Of a DNA stretch of 64,000 bases, positions 20,434-29,172 are shown in pieces. The position numbers were made by a program, and so were the translations under genes. Source of the DNA: an uncultured Actinomycetota bacterium (GTDB lineage Bacteria > Actinomycetota > Actinomycetes > Propionibacteriales > Nocardioidaceae); the NCBI GenBank assembly GCA_963704295.1, contig OY969884.1, positions 656,812 to 720,811 on the forward strand, in the 5' to 3' direction. The first letter of the stretch is position 1; each line of letters opens with the position of its first letter. Below the pieces are notes generated by a model. It made no database searches, was not told the origin of the DNA, and saw only the letters and a list, made by a program, of their open reading frames with translations.

Positions 20434-21449
20434 GCAGCCACCGCCCCGACGGCACCGAGCCGACGACCGACCCGACCGAGCAGGAGCTGCACGCGGCTCT
20501 CCGGACCGCTGGCGAGTCGGTGCACCCGACCGACCGGCTCGGCGCCATCCGGGCCCGTACGCAGGGCGCGACCGAGCCCGTCGGTCCCTCGTGGTGGAAC
20601 CGCCCGTGGCTGCTCGCTGCGGGGACCGGCGTGGTCGCCGCCTCGGTCGTCACCGCCGCGGTGGTCCTGACCAGCACCACGGCCGACGACCCGCTGGTGT
20701 CCGACGATCCGCCGCCGGAGGGCACCGTCTCGCACGAGGTGACGATCTACGAGGTGGGTGAGGTCGGCGGCCGGCCCTGGCTGTTCCCGGAGACGGTGCC
20801 GGCCGAGGGCACCGGACAGCCCGCCGAGGACGCGGTGCGGGCGCTGCTGGAGTCCTCGTCCGGTGAGGACCGGACGAACCTGTGGGCGACCCTGCCCGAC
20901 GACGTCGACGTGACGTCGGTCCGCATCGACGCCGACTCCGCGGTGGTCGACCTGACCGGACTCGACCCGGCCGCCGGCGTCGACGGCTCGTGGGCGTTCG
21001 AACCCGCCCTGGGCGCCCAGCAGCTGGTCTGGACCGTGCAGGCGGCCCTGCACACCACCGTCATCCCGGTCGTCGTCACCGTCGACGGAGAGCCCGTCGC
21101 CGAGCCGCTCCTGGACGGGGTGGTCCCGACCGAGCTCACCACGGCCGACCCCAGCGTCCTGTCACCCGTGCTCATCGAGACACCGATCGACGGGGCCTCC
21201 GTCGCCAGCCCGGTCCGGATCAGGGGCACCAGCGACACCTTCGAGGCCAACGTGGTCTGGGAGGTGGCCGGCCAGGACGGCGGCGTCGCCCAGGGCGGCA
21301 CCACGATGGGCGGCACCCTCGGCAACCGGAGGCCGTTCACGGTGACCGTCGACCTGCCGCCGGGGACCTACACGTTCCGCGCGTACGCCGACGACATGGA
21401 GACCGGGGGCGTGTTCGCCGAGGACGCCGCCACCTTCACCGTCGAGTAG
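20430..21449 (+). CDS. single-pass membrane protein coupled to the ECF sigma (candidate anti-sigma), with GerMN-like and Ig-like (Gmad2-like) extracytoplasmic domains
   Basis: There is an ATGA overlap with the sigma gene. One TM helix (WLLAAGTGVVAASVVTAAVVL) is present. The middle domain AEDAVRALL..VDLTG resembles GerMN. The C-terminus IRGTSDTFEANVVWEV..FTVTVDLPPGTYTFRAY looks like an Ig-like beta sandwich. No HxxxCxxC zinc anti-sigma motif is present. Confidence 0.6.
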   Translation: MSSHRPDGTEPTTDPTEQELHAALRTAGESVHPTDRLGAIRARTQGATEPVGPSWWNRPWLLAAGTGVVAASVVTAAVVLTSTTADDPLVSDDPPPEGTVSHEVTIYEVGEVGGRPWLFPETVPAEGTGQPAEDAVRALLESSSGEDRTNLWATLPDDVDVTSVRIDADSAVVDLTGLDPAAGVDGSWAFEPALGAQQLVWTVQAALHTTVIPVVVTVDGEPVAEPLLDGVVPTELTTADPSVLSPVLIETPIDGASVASPVRIRGTSDTFEANVVWEVAGQDGGVAQGGTTMGGTLGNRRPFTVTVDLPPGTYTFRAYADDMETGGVFAEDAATFTVE

Positions 21450-21458
21450 TCGACCAAG

Positions 21459-22193
21459 TCATCGCCAGCGCCCGCCGGCCAACACGACTCCGGCGGCGAC
21501 CGGCCCGGCGGTGGACGTGCGCAGCACCGTGTCCCCCAGCCGGACGGCGGCCGCCGGACCGCCGAGTCGGTCGAGCTCGGCCTCGCCGATCCCGCCCTCG
21601 GGACCGACCACCAGCACCAGCTCGCCGCGGGCGGGAACCGGGAGCTCGGCCAGCCGCCGCTCGGCGGCCTCGTGCAGCACGGCTCCCACGTCGGCCGCGG
21701 CCAGCAACCGGGCCACCTCGGCGGTGTCGGCCACCTCGGCGACCTCGCAGAACCACGACCGCCGGGCCTGCTTGCTCGCCTCGTGCGCCCAGGCTCGCCA
21801 CTTGGTCACCAGCCGCTCGCCGCGCTCGCCCGACGCCCGGGCCTGGCTGCGCTCGGCCGCCCAGGGGATCACGCGGTCCACGCCGACCTCGGCCAGGCCC
21901 TGCACCGCCAGCTCGGCCCGCTCCCGCTTCGGCACCGCCTGCACGACCGTGAGCCGCAGGTCCGGCGCCGGCGCGGTGCCGCGCGCCTGCACGGCGACCT
22001 CCACGCAGCGGCGGTCCGCGGCCAGCACCGTCCCCTCGACGTACGCCCCGCGCCCGTCGGTGACGCGTACCCGCTCGCCGGCCGAGATCCGGCGCACCAC
22101 CGCGGCGTGGTGCGCCTCCGCCCCCTCGAGCCGGACCGGTGCAGCCGCGTCGCCGGGACCGAACCCCGGCACCCAGAAGACCGGAAGCGTCAT
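21459..22193 (-). CDS. rsmE: 16S rRNA (uracil1498-N3)-methyltransferase
   Basis: 244-aa ORF containing EAHHAAVVRRI..GERVRVTDGRG, LAVQGLAEVGVDRVIPW and VGPEGG. Confidence 0.88.
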   Translation of the reverse strand: MTLPVFWVPGFGPGDAAAPVRLEGAEAHHAAVVRRISAGERVRVTDGRGAYVEGTVLAADRRCVEVAVQARGTAPAPDLRLTVVQAVPKRERAELAVQGLAEVGVDRVIPWAAERSQARASGERGERLVTKWRAWAHEASKQARRSWFCEVAEVADTAEVARLLAAADVGAVLHEAAERRLAELPVPARGELVLVVGPEGGIGEAELDRLGGPAAAVRLGDTVLRTSTAGPVAAGVVLAGGRWR

Positions 22194-22201
22194 GGCGTGT
22201 C

Positions 22202-23347
22202 TCAGCGGGCGCCGAAGGCGTCCCGGAGCCGCCCGAACATGCTCTTGTGCGCGGGCACGAACTGCCCCGCCGGACGCTCCTCGTCCCGCAGCACCGCCAG
22301 CCGGCGCAGCAACTCGGCCTGCTCACCGTCGAGCCGGGTGGGGGTGTCCACCACGACCCGGACCACGAGGTCGCCCCGGCCGGTCCCGCGCAGCCGGGGG
22401 ACGCCGCGACCGCGTACGGTCAGCGACTCCCCGGACTGGGTGCCGGCCCGCACCTCGACCGGGACCGACCGGGGCACGTCCGGCGTGCCGGTGTCCGCCT
22501 CCAGCGTGGGCAGGTCGATGGTGGTGCCCAGCGCAGCGGCGGTCATCGGGACGTGCACGTCACACATCAAGTCATCGCCCCGCCGGGTGAAGGTGTCGTG
22601 CGGAGCGACGTCGAGCTCGACGTACAGGTCACCGGCCGGCCCTCCGCCCGGCCCGACCTCGCCCTGACCGGCGAGCTGGATGCGGGTCCCGCTGTCAACC
22701 CCGGACGGGACCTTGACCGTCAGGGTGCGGCGCGAGCGCACCCGGCCGTCACCGCTGCACTCCGGGCACGGGTTGGGGATGACGGTGCCGAAGCCTCGGC
22801 AGACCGGGCACGGCCGTGCGGTGCGCACCTCGCCGAGGAAGGAGCGCTGCACCTGCGTCACCTCACCACGTCCGCGACAGGTGTCACAGGAGACCGGCTG
22901 CGAACCCTCCGCGGCACCCGACCCCGCACAGCGGCCGCAGACCACCGCGGTGTCGACGGTCAGCTCCTGGGTGGTGCCGAAAGCCGCCTCGGCGAGCTCC
23001 ACCTCGAGCCGGATCAGCGCGTCCTGTCCGCGCCGGGTGCGTGGTCGCGGACCGCGGCTGCCGGACTGCCCGAAGAAGGCGTCCATGATGTCGGTGAAGC
23101 TGAAGCCGGCACCGAAGCCGGCGCCACCCCCCGCCCCCAGCGGGTCGCCACCGCGGTCGTAGAGCTCCCGCTTGGACGGGTCGGACAGCACCTCGTACGC
23201 GGCGGAGACCTCCTTGAACCGCTCCTGGGTCTCCGGATCCGGGTTGACGTCAGGGTGCAGCTGCCGCGCCAGCCGGCGGTAGGCCTTCTTGATCTGCTCG
23301 GGCGACGCGTCCCGGTCGACACCGAGAGTGGCGTAGTAGTCGCTCAT
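22202..23347 (-). CDS. dnaJ: molecular chaperone DnaJ
   Basis: It has a J domain with HPD ([15 protein letters not shown]), a G/F-rich linker and four CxxCxGxG zinc-finger repeats. Confidence 0.95.
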   Translation of the reverse strand: MSDYYATLGVDRDASPEQIKKAYRRLARQLHPDVNPDPETQERFKEVSAAYEVLSDPSKRELYDRGGDPLGAGGGAGFGAGFSFTDIMDAFFGQSGSRGPRPRTRRGQDALIRLEVELAEAAFGTTQELTVDTAVVCGRCAGSGAAEGSQPVSCDTCRGRGEVTQVQRSFLGEVRTARPCPVCRGFGTVIPNPCPECSGDGRVRSRRTLTVKVPSGVDSGTRIQLAGQGEVGPGGGPAGDLYVELDVAPHDTFTRRGDDLMCDVHVPMTAAALGTTIDLPTLEADTGTPDVPRSVPVEVRAGTQSGESLTVRGRGVPRLRGTGRGDLVVRVVVDTPTRLDGEQAELLRRLAVLRDEERPAGQFVPAHKSMFGRLRDAFGAR

Positions 23348-23414
23348 GCTCCAGCCAGGGTTGGGAGTCGTCGGGGCAAGGTACGCGGGAACGGGCCGGG
23401 CACGCGCGGCCCGG

Positions 23415-24437
23415 TCACTCGTCGGCCAGGGCGCGGCCGACGTAGCGCGCCACCGCGCGCACTGCGGCGATCGTGCCGGGGTAGTCCATCCGGGTCGGGC
23501 CGACGATGCCCAGCGTGGCCAGCGCGTCGTGCTCGGGTCCGTAGCCGCTGGCGACCACCGACGTCGCCGACAGATCCGCGTAGGGCACCTCGTGGCCGAT
23601 CCGGACGGTCACGGAGCTCGCCTCCCCGGCCTCGCCGAGCAGCTTGAGCAGCACGACGTGCTCCTCGAGCGCCTCCAGCAGCGGGCGCAGCGAGCGGTCG
23701 AACTCCTCGCCGAAGCGAGCCAGGTTCGCGGTGCCGCCGACCAGCACCCGCTCGTCGGACTTGTCGTCGGAGAACGCCTCCACCAGCGCGCTGACCACCA
23801 CCGCCACCGTGGAGCGGTCCGTCGGCGCCACCGACTCCACCAGCTCGGTCACCAGCCGGGCGGCGTCCGGCAGCCGGGCGCCGAGGGCGACGGTGTTCAG
23901 CCGGGCCCGCAGCTCGGCCACCAGCGTGTCCGAGACCGGAGCCGGCAGCTCGACCACGCGCTGCTCCACCCGCCCGGTGCTGGTGATCAGCACGAGCATC
24001 AGCCGGGTGGGGGCCATCACCACCAGCTCGACGTGGCGGACGGTGGAACGGGTCAGCGTGGGGTACTGGACGATCGCCACCTGCCGGGTCATCTGCGCGA
24101 GCAGCCGGACGCTGCGGTGCACCACGTCGTCCACGTCGACGGCCCCGTCGAGGAAGGAGGTGATGGCGCGCCGCTCCGGGGTGCTCAGCGGGCGCACGGT
24201 CGCCAGCCGGTCGACGAACAGCCGGTACCCCTTGTCCGTGGGCACCCGGCCGGCCGAGGTGTGCGGCTGGGCGATGAAGCCCTCCTCCTCCAGCGCGGCC
24301 ATGTCGTTGCGGACCGTCGCCGGGGAGACTCCGAGCGAGTGCCGCTCGACCAGCGCCTTGGAGCCCACCGGCTCCCGGGTGGACACGTAGTCCTCGACGA
24401 TCGCCCGGAGCACCGCCAGCTTGCGGTCGTCCAGCAC
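23415..24437 (-). CDS. hrcA: heat-inducible transcription repressor HrcA
   Basis: 340-aa ORF beginning [51 protein letters not shown]. Confidence 0.95.
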   Translation of the reverse strand: MLDDRKLAVLRAIVEDYVSTREPVGSKALVERHSLGVSPATVRNDMAALEEEGFIAQPHTSAGRVPTDKGYRLFVDRLATVRPLSTPERRAITSFLDGAVDVDDVVHRSVRLLAQMTRQVAIVQYPTLTRSTVRHVELVVMAPTRLMLVLITSTGRVEQRVVELPAPVSDTLVAELRARLNTVALGARLPDAARLVTELVESVAPTDRSTVAVVVSALVEAFSDDKSDERVLVGGTANLARFGEEFDRSLRPLLEALEEHVVLLKLLGEAGEASSVTVRIGHEVPYADLSATSVVASGYGPEHDALATLGIVGPTRMDYPGTIAAVRAVARYVGRALADE

Positions 24438-24504
24438 GGCACCCTCCTCGTCTCGGCCCAGCGGTCTGCCTGCTCACGCTCGCCCGGCGCGGGCACCGGT
24501 CCGT

Positions 24505-24531
24505 CTGGCACTCCGCGCAAGCGAGTGCCAG
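24505..24531. promoter_or_regulatory. CIRCE operator (HrcA binding site)
   Basis: CTGGCACTC-N9-GAGTGCCAG matches the consensus TTAGCACTC-N9-GAGTGCTAA. It lies 68 nt upstream of the hrcA start. Confidence 0.85.
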
Positions 24532-24540
24532 TCTACGACG

Positions 24541-25371
24541 ATGAGCGAGGGCTGGGTCGAGGTCGCCGACCGGTGCTACTGCCGGCGCTACCCCCACCTC
24601 GACGTCACCAGCACCGTGCTGGCCGGCGACGACGGCCTCGCCGTGGTCGACACGCGGGCCAGTGGGGACCAGGGACAGGAGCTGGTCGAGCACGTCCGCC
24701 GGCTGTCGGCGCTGCCGGTGCTCGCGGTGGTCAACACGCACGCGCACTTCGACCACACGTACGGCAACGGGGCGCTGCGCGCCACCTGGCCGACCGCCGC
24801 GCTGGTGGCGCACGAGTCGGTGCCGGAGGCGATGCGGGCCGACGTGCCCCGGCTGGCCGCGCTGTACGCCGCCGACCCGGCCGACCCGTACGGACCGGAG
24901 GTGACCCGGACCGAGCTCACCGAGCCGGACACGCTGCTCTCGTCGGCCTGGGCGCTCGACCTGGGTGGCCGACACGTCGAGGCGGTCTTCGCCGGGCGCG
25001 GGCACACCGCCGGGGACGTGGTCGTGCGGGTGCCCGACGCGGACGTGCTGCTGGCCGGCGACCTGGTGGAGCAGTCCGCCCCGCCGTCGTACGGCCCGGA
25101 CTGCTGGCCGCTGGAGTGGCCGGAGACGTTGGAGCTGGTGGTGGGGCTGATCGGGGGCGACACCGTGGTGGTGCCGGGCCACGGGGCCCCGGTGGACGAG
25201 GGCTTCGTGCTCGACCAGCGGGTGGCCGCGGTAGAGATCGCCGGCCGGGTGCACGAGCTGGCCGCCGCGGGGGTGCCGGTCGAGGACGCGCTCGAGCGAG
25301 GCAGCTGGCCGTACCCGGCAGAGCGGCTGGTCGAGGCGGTCCGCCGGGGGTATGCCGCATTGGGACGGTGA
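24541..25371 (+). CDS. MBL-fold metallo-hydrolase
   Basis: The start is the internal ATG 24541. The HxHxDH motif is NTHAHFDHTYG, with later GHTAGD and PGHG. Confidence 0.8.
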   Translation: MSEGWVEVADRCYCRRYPHLDVTSTVLAGDDGLAVVDTRASGDQGQELVEHVRRLSALPVLAVVNTHAHFDHTYGNGALRATWPTAALVAHESVPEAMRADVPRLAALYAADPADPYGPEVTRTELTEPDTLLSSAWALDLGGRHVEAVFAGRGHTAGDVVVRVPDADVLLAGDLVEQSAPPSYGPDCWPLEWPETLELVVGLIGGDTVVVPGHGAPVDEGFVLDQRVAAVEIAGRVHELAAAGVPVEDALERGSWPYPAERLVEAVRRGYAALGR

Positions 25372-25387
25372 CGAAGGTCTATGCGGA

Positions 25388-25419
25388 TTGCAAAGAAAGC
25401 TTTGCAAAGCTATCTTTGC
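25388..25419 (+). promoter_or_regulatory. sigma-70-like promoter overlapped by two overlapping GCAAAG-N4-CTTTGC operators
   Basis: TTGCAA (25388..25393), a 17-nt spacer and TATCTT (25411..25416) form the promoter. Palindromes lie at 25390..25405 and 25404..25419. This AT-rich island ends 17 nt before the ArsR-family gene. Confidence 0.45.
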
Positions 25420-25436
25420 GGTTGTAGCATCCCGAC

Positions 25437-26018
25437 GTGCAGATCTCCAGCATCACCCCCGACGCCACCGCGCTGCGAGCGCTCGCGCACCCCGTCCGAC
25501 TCCGCCTGCTCGGGCTGCTGCGCGCCGACGGCCCGTCGACCGCGACCGCGCTCGCGACCCGGCTGGGGCTCAACTCGGGCGCCACCAGCTACCACCTGCG
25601 TCAGCTCGCGACGCACGGGTTCGTCGTCGACCACGAGGGCCGCGGGAACGCCCGGGAGCGGTGGTGGCGGGCGGCGCACCAGTCCACCCGCACCGACGAG
25701 GCGGCCGAGACCAGCCCGGAGAGCCGGGAGGCGGTGGACGCGTTCAGCCAGGCGATCGCGGTGGTGCACACCGAGCAGCTGCAGCGCGCGGTCGAGGAGC
25801 GCCCGTTGCTGCCGGTCGCCTGGCGGCGGGCGTCCACGCTCAGCGACTGGGGCCTGACGCTGACGCCCGACCGGGCCGAGCAGCTGATGGAAGCGCTGGT
25901 CTCGGTCGTCGACGGGTGGGAGGAGGACGCCGAGGACACCCCCGGGGCCGAGCAGTTCGTGGTGGCGCTGCACACCCACCCGCGCCCCGGCCGGGTCGGC
26001 GGCGAGGAACAGCCATGA
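25437..26018 (+). CDS. ArsR-family (winged helix) transcriptional regulator
   Basis: 193-aa ORF containing ALAHPVRLRLLGLLRADGPSTATALATRLGLNSGATSYHLRQLATHGFV. Confidence 0.75.
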   Translation: MQISSITPDATALRALAHPVRLRLLGLLRADGPSTATALATRLGLNSGATSYHLRQLATHGFVVDHEGRGNARERWWRAAHQSTRTDEAAETSPESREAVDAFSQAIAVVHTEQLQRAVEERPLLPVAWRRASTLSDWGLTLTPDRAEQLMEALVSVVDGWEEDAEDTPGAEQFVVALHTHPRPGRVGGEEQP

Positions 26019-27304
26019 ACCGCCGCACCCCGCTGATCGGGTGGCTCGCCGCCGAGGCGATCTCGCTCACCGGGACGCGCGTGTCGATGATCGCGATCCC
26101 CTGGTTCGTGCTCACCACCACAGGCAGTGCGACCCAGACCGGCCTGGTGGCCCTGGCCGAGATGGGCCCGTACGTCGCTGCCAAGGCGCTGGCCGGTCCG
26201 GTCGTGGACCGGGTCGGCGCTGCGCGGGTCGTTGTGTCCGCCGACGCGCTGAGCGTGGCCGCCGTCGGCGCGATCCCGCTGCTGCACGCGCTCGACGTGC
26301 TGTCCTTCCCGGTCCTGATGGTGCTCGTGGCCGTCGCGGGGCTGCTCCGCGGGCCGGCTGACGGGGCCAAGCACGCACTGGTCCCGGCGGTCGCGGCCGC
26401 GGCCGAGGTGCCGATGGAGCGGGTCACCGGTTTCGCCGGAGCGGCGGAGCGGCTGGCCTCGACGGCGGGCGCGGCCTTCGCCGGCGTGTTGGTGGCCATG
26501 GTCGGCCCGGCCACCGCACTGCTGGTGGACGCGGCCAGCTTCGCCGTCTCCGCCCTGCTGATCGCCGGCACCGCACCGCGCCGCCGACCCGTCCCCGCCG
26601 GCACCGCCGCCGTCGCGGCGGTGGGTTACCTCACGTCTCTCCGCGAGGGCTGGGACTTCCTGCGCCACGACCGGGTGCTCGTCGGGATCACCGTCATGGT
26701 CGGCATCACCAACCTGCTCGACCAGGCCTACATCGTGGTGCTGGTCCCGGTGTGGGCCAGCGTCACCGGTGGCGGGGCGGGGACGATCGGGTTGCTCTTC
26801 GCCGTGTTCAGCGGGGCGTCGGTGCTCGGCAGCGTGCTGGCGGCCGGCTGGGCGGCGCACCTGCCGCGGTTCTGGACCTACCTGGTGGCGTTCCTGCTCT
26901 GCGGCGCTCCGCGGTTCGTCGTCCTCGCGATGGAGGCGCCGCTGGTTGCCGTGCTCGCGACCGCGGCGGTGGGCGGCTTCGCGGCCGGGTTCATCAACCC
27001 GATCCTGAGCGCGGTCGTCTTCGAGCGGATCCCGCCGCACCTGGTCGGCCGGGTCAGCGCACTGAACACCTCCCTGTGCTGGGCGCTGATCCCGTTCGGC
27101 GGCGTCGTCGGCGGCGCCCTGATCGCCGGGATCGGCCTGTCCCCCGCCCTGCTGGTTCTCGGCGGCGCGTACCTGCTGGCCACCACGCTGCCGGCTCTGC
27201 AGCCGCAGTGGCGCGAACTCGACGCCCGCCCCGCCGAGAGTGACGTTTCTGCAGCCGACACGCCGACCGGAGCGCCGGAAGCGTCACTCTCAGCGGACCG
27301 GTGA
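26015..27304 (+). CDS. MFS transporter
   Basis: 429 aa from ATG 26015, with an ATGA overlap with the regulator. About 12 hydrophobic segments are present, and the N-terminus WLAAEAISLTGTRVSMIAIPWFVL is typical of the MFS_3/EntS-like group. Confidence 0.85.
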   Translation: MNRRTPLIGWLAAEAISLTGTRVSMIAIPWFVLTTTGSATQTGLVALAEMGPYVAAKALAGPVVDRVGAARVVVSADALSVAAVGAIPLLHALDVLSFPVLMVLVAVAGLLRGPADGAKHALVPAVAAAAEVPMERVTGFAGAAERLASTAGAAFAGVLVAMVGPATALLVDAASFAVSALLIAGTAPRRRPVPAGTAAVAAVGYLTSLREGWDFLRHDRVLVGITVMVGITNLLDQAYIVVLVPVWASVTGGGAGTIGLLFAVFSGASVLGSVLAAGWAAHLPRFWTYLVAFLLCGAPRFVVLAMEAPLVAVLATAAVGGFAAGFINPILSAVVFERIPPHLVGRVSALNTSLCWALIPFGGVVGGALIAGIGLSPALLVLGGAYLLATTLPALQPQWRELDARPAESDVSAADTPTGAPEASLSADR

Positions 27305-27762
27305 GGCGTCCGCGGGTGTCTACTGGGGGGATGGACGACCAGCCGCCTCCTCCCGCTCCCTGGACGAACGGGGGCGCCCTGCAACCCGGACCACCCCCGA
27401 CCTCGGAGGAGCGCAACTGGGCGGTCGCCGCGCACCTCGGCTCCCTGGTCGCCGCATATCTGGCGCTCGGCCTGCTCGGTCCGCTGGTTGTCCTCCTGGT
27501 CAAGGGCAACGACTCGGCGTACATCCGCCGGCAGGCCGTGGAGTCGCTGAACTTCCAGGTCTCGGTGCTGATCTACGCGATCGCGGGCACGGTGCTGGCG
27601 ATCGTGTTGACGGTGGCCAGTCTCGGCTTCGCACTGATCGTGATCGTCCCGCTGGCCATCGTCCTCGCCGTGGTCTATCTGGTGCTGGTCATCGTGGCCA
27701 CGGTCAAGGCGGCCCAGGGCGAGGACTACCGCTATCCGCTCACCCTGCGCTTGGTGAGTTGA
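27301..27762 (+). CDS. DUF4870-like small membrane protein
   Basis: There is a GTGA overlap with the MFS gene, and ATG 27331 is an alternative start. A Pro-rich N-terminus is followed by ERNWAVAAHLGSLV and three TM helices. Confidence 0.6.
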   Translation: MRRPRVSTGGMDDQPPPPAPWTNGGALQPGPPPTSEERNWAVAAHLGSLVAAYLALGLLGPLVVLLVKGNDSAYIRRQAVESLNFQVSVLIYAIAGTVLAIVLTVASLGFALIVIVPLAIVLAVVYLVLVIVATVKAAQGEDYRYPLTLRLVS

Positions 27763-29026
27763 CCGCGCCCAGAGACGGCAGCAGGCGGTGGACGGCGGAG
27801 TCGGCGAGCAACCGACCTCGCCGGGTGAGGACCACCCGGCCGGCCTCAACCGCGCCAGCCTCGATCAGGCCGTCGGCGACCAGGCCCGGCACCGCCGCCG
27901 CGCCGTCGGCGTCGAGCACCGCCGGGTCGAGACCCTCGGCGAGCCGGGTCTCCAGCAGCACCCGCTCGACCCGCCGGGTGTCGGGGCCCAGCACCTCTCG
28001 CGCCTGTGCCGGGCTCACGCCGCGCGCCACCCGCTCGGCGTACGCAGCGGGGTGCTTCACGTTCCACCAGCGCACGCCGCCGACGTGCGAGTGCGCCCCA
28101 GGCCCGATGCCCCACCAGTCGTCACCCCGCCAGTACGCGAGGTTGTGCCGGCACCGGGCGGCCGCCGACAGCGCCCAGTTGGACAGCTCGTACCAGCCGT
28201 AGCCGGCAGCGCAGAGCAGCTCGTCGGCGAGCTCATAGCAGTCAGCGGCCTGGTCGTCGTCGGGCGCCTGGACCTCGCCGCGGGCCACCCGCCGGGCCAG
28301 CGCGGTCCCCGGCTCGACGACGAGCGCGTACGCGCTGACGTGGTCCGGGCGCAGCGAGAGCGCGGTCTCGACGCTGCACCGCCAATCGGGCAGCGACTCC
28401 CCCGGCGTCCCGTGGATGAGGTCCACGCTGACCTGCTCGAAGCCCGCCGCCCGCGCCCAGCCCACCGCGGTCGGCACCCGCTCTGGGTCGTGCGTGCGGT
28501 CCAGCGTCGCGAGCACGTGCGGCACGGCCGACTGCATACCGAACGAGATCCGGGTGAAACCGCCCGCGCGCAGCCGATCCAGCGACTCCGGCGTGACGCT
28601 GTCCGGGTTCGCCTCGGTGGTCACCTCCGCCCCGTCGGCCAGGCCGAAGAGCCGGTCCGCCGCCTCCACCACCCGGACCAGGTCGTCCGCGAGCAACAGG
28701 GTCGGGGTCCCGCCCCCCACGAAGATCGTCTCGACGCGCGGCAGCACCCGCGGCCCCGGCCGCCCCGGCCCGGCCAGCACGTCGGCCGCCAGTTGCAGCT
28801 CGGTCAGCGCCGCGTCGACGTAGCTCGCCCGCGACGCCCCGCGTACACCGGGCGGGCCGAGCTCGTCGGCGGTGTAGGTGTTGAAGTCGCAGTAGCCGCA
28901 CCGTACGGCGCAGAAGGGCACGTGCACGTACAGCCCGAACGGCCTGACACCGAGCCCGCGCAAGGCGTCCGGTGGGAGCCTGCCGTCGGGCGGCGCCGGC
29001 TCGCCAGCAGGGAGGGTCGAGGGCAC
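27740..29026 (-). CDS. hemW: radical SAM heme chaperone HemW (HemN-like, oxygen-independent coproporphyrinogen oxidase family)
   Basis: LYVHVPFCAVRCGYCDFNTY carries the CxxxCxxC motif. GTG 29026 is the preferred start, and the ORF extends to 29074. Confidence 0.88.
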   Translation of the reverse strand: MPSTLPAGEPAPPDGRLPPDALRGLGVRPFGLYVHVPFCAVRCGYCDFNTYTADELGPPGVRGASRASYVDAALTELQLAADVLAGPGRPGPRVLPRVETIFVGGGTPTLLLADDLVRVVEAADRLFGLADGAEVTTEANPDSVTPESLDRLRAGGFTRISFGMQSAVPHVLATLDRTHDPERVPTAVGWARAAGFEQVSVDLIHGTPGESLPDWRCSVETALSLRPDHVSAYALVVEPGTALARRVARGEVQAPDDDQAADCYELADELLCAAGYGWYELSNWALSAAARCRHNLAYWRGDDWWGIGPGAHSHVGGVRWWNVKHPAAYAERVARGVSPAQAREVLGPDTRRVERVLLETRLAEGLDPAVLDADGAAAVPGLVADGLIEAGAVEAGRVVLTRRGRLLADSAVHRLLPSLGAVNSPSAG

Positions 29027-29122
29027 CCGACCAGTGTGCAGCCTGGGGGCCGGTCCACCCCCGGTCGCACCCACTGACCGAGGGTCATGTGCACTGCCCC
29101 AGGGTCACAACCCTCGGGCAGT

Positions 29123-29154
29123 GCGACTTTCACGGGGTACCCCGTGAAAGTCGC
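29123..29154. repeat. perfect 32-bp palindrome GCGACTTTCACGGGGT|ACCCCGTGAAAGTCGC
   Basis: Read directly from the sequence. It lies 19 nt downstream of the fadD stop and shares the GCGACTTT start of its arm with repeat family 2. Confidence 0.85.
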
Positions 29155-29172
29155 CGCGGGCCGCCGGCGGGG

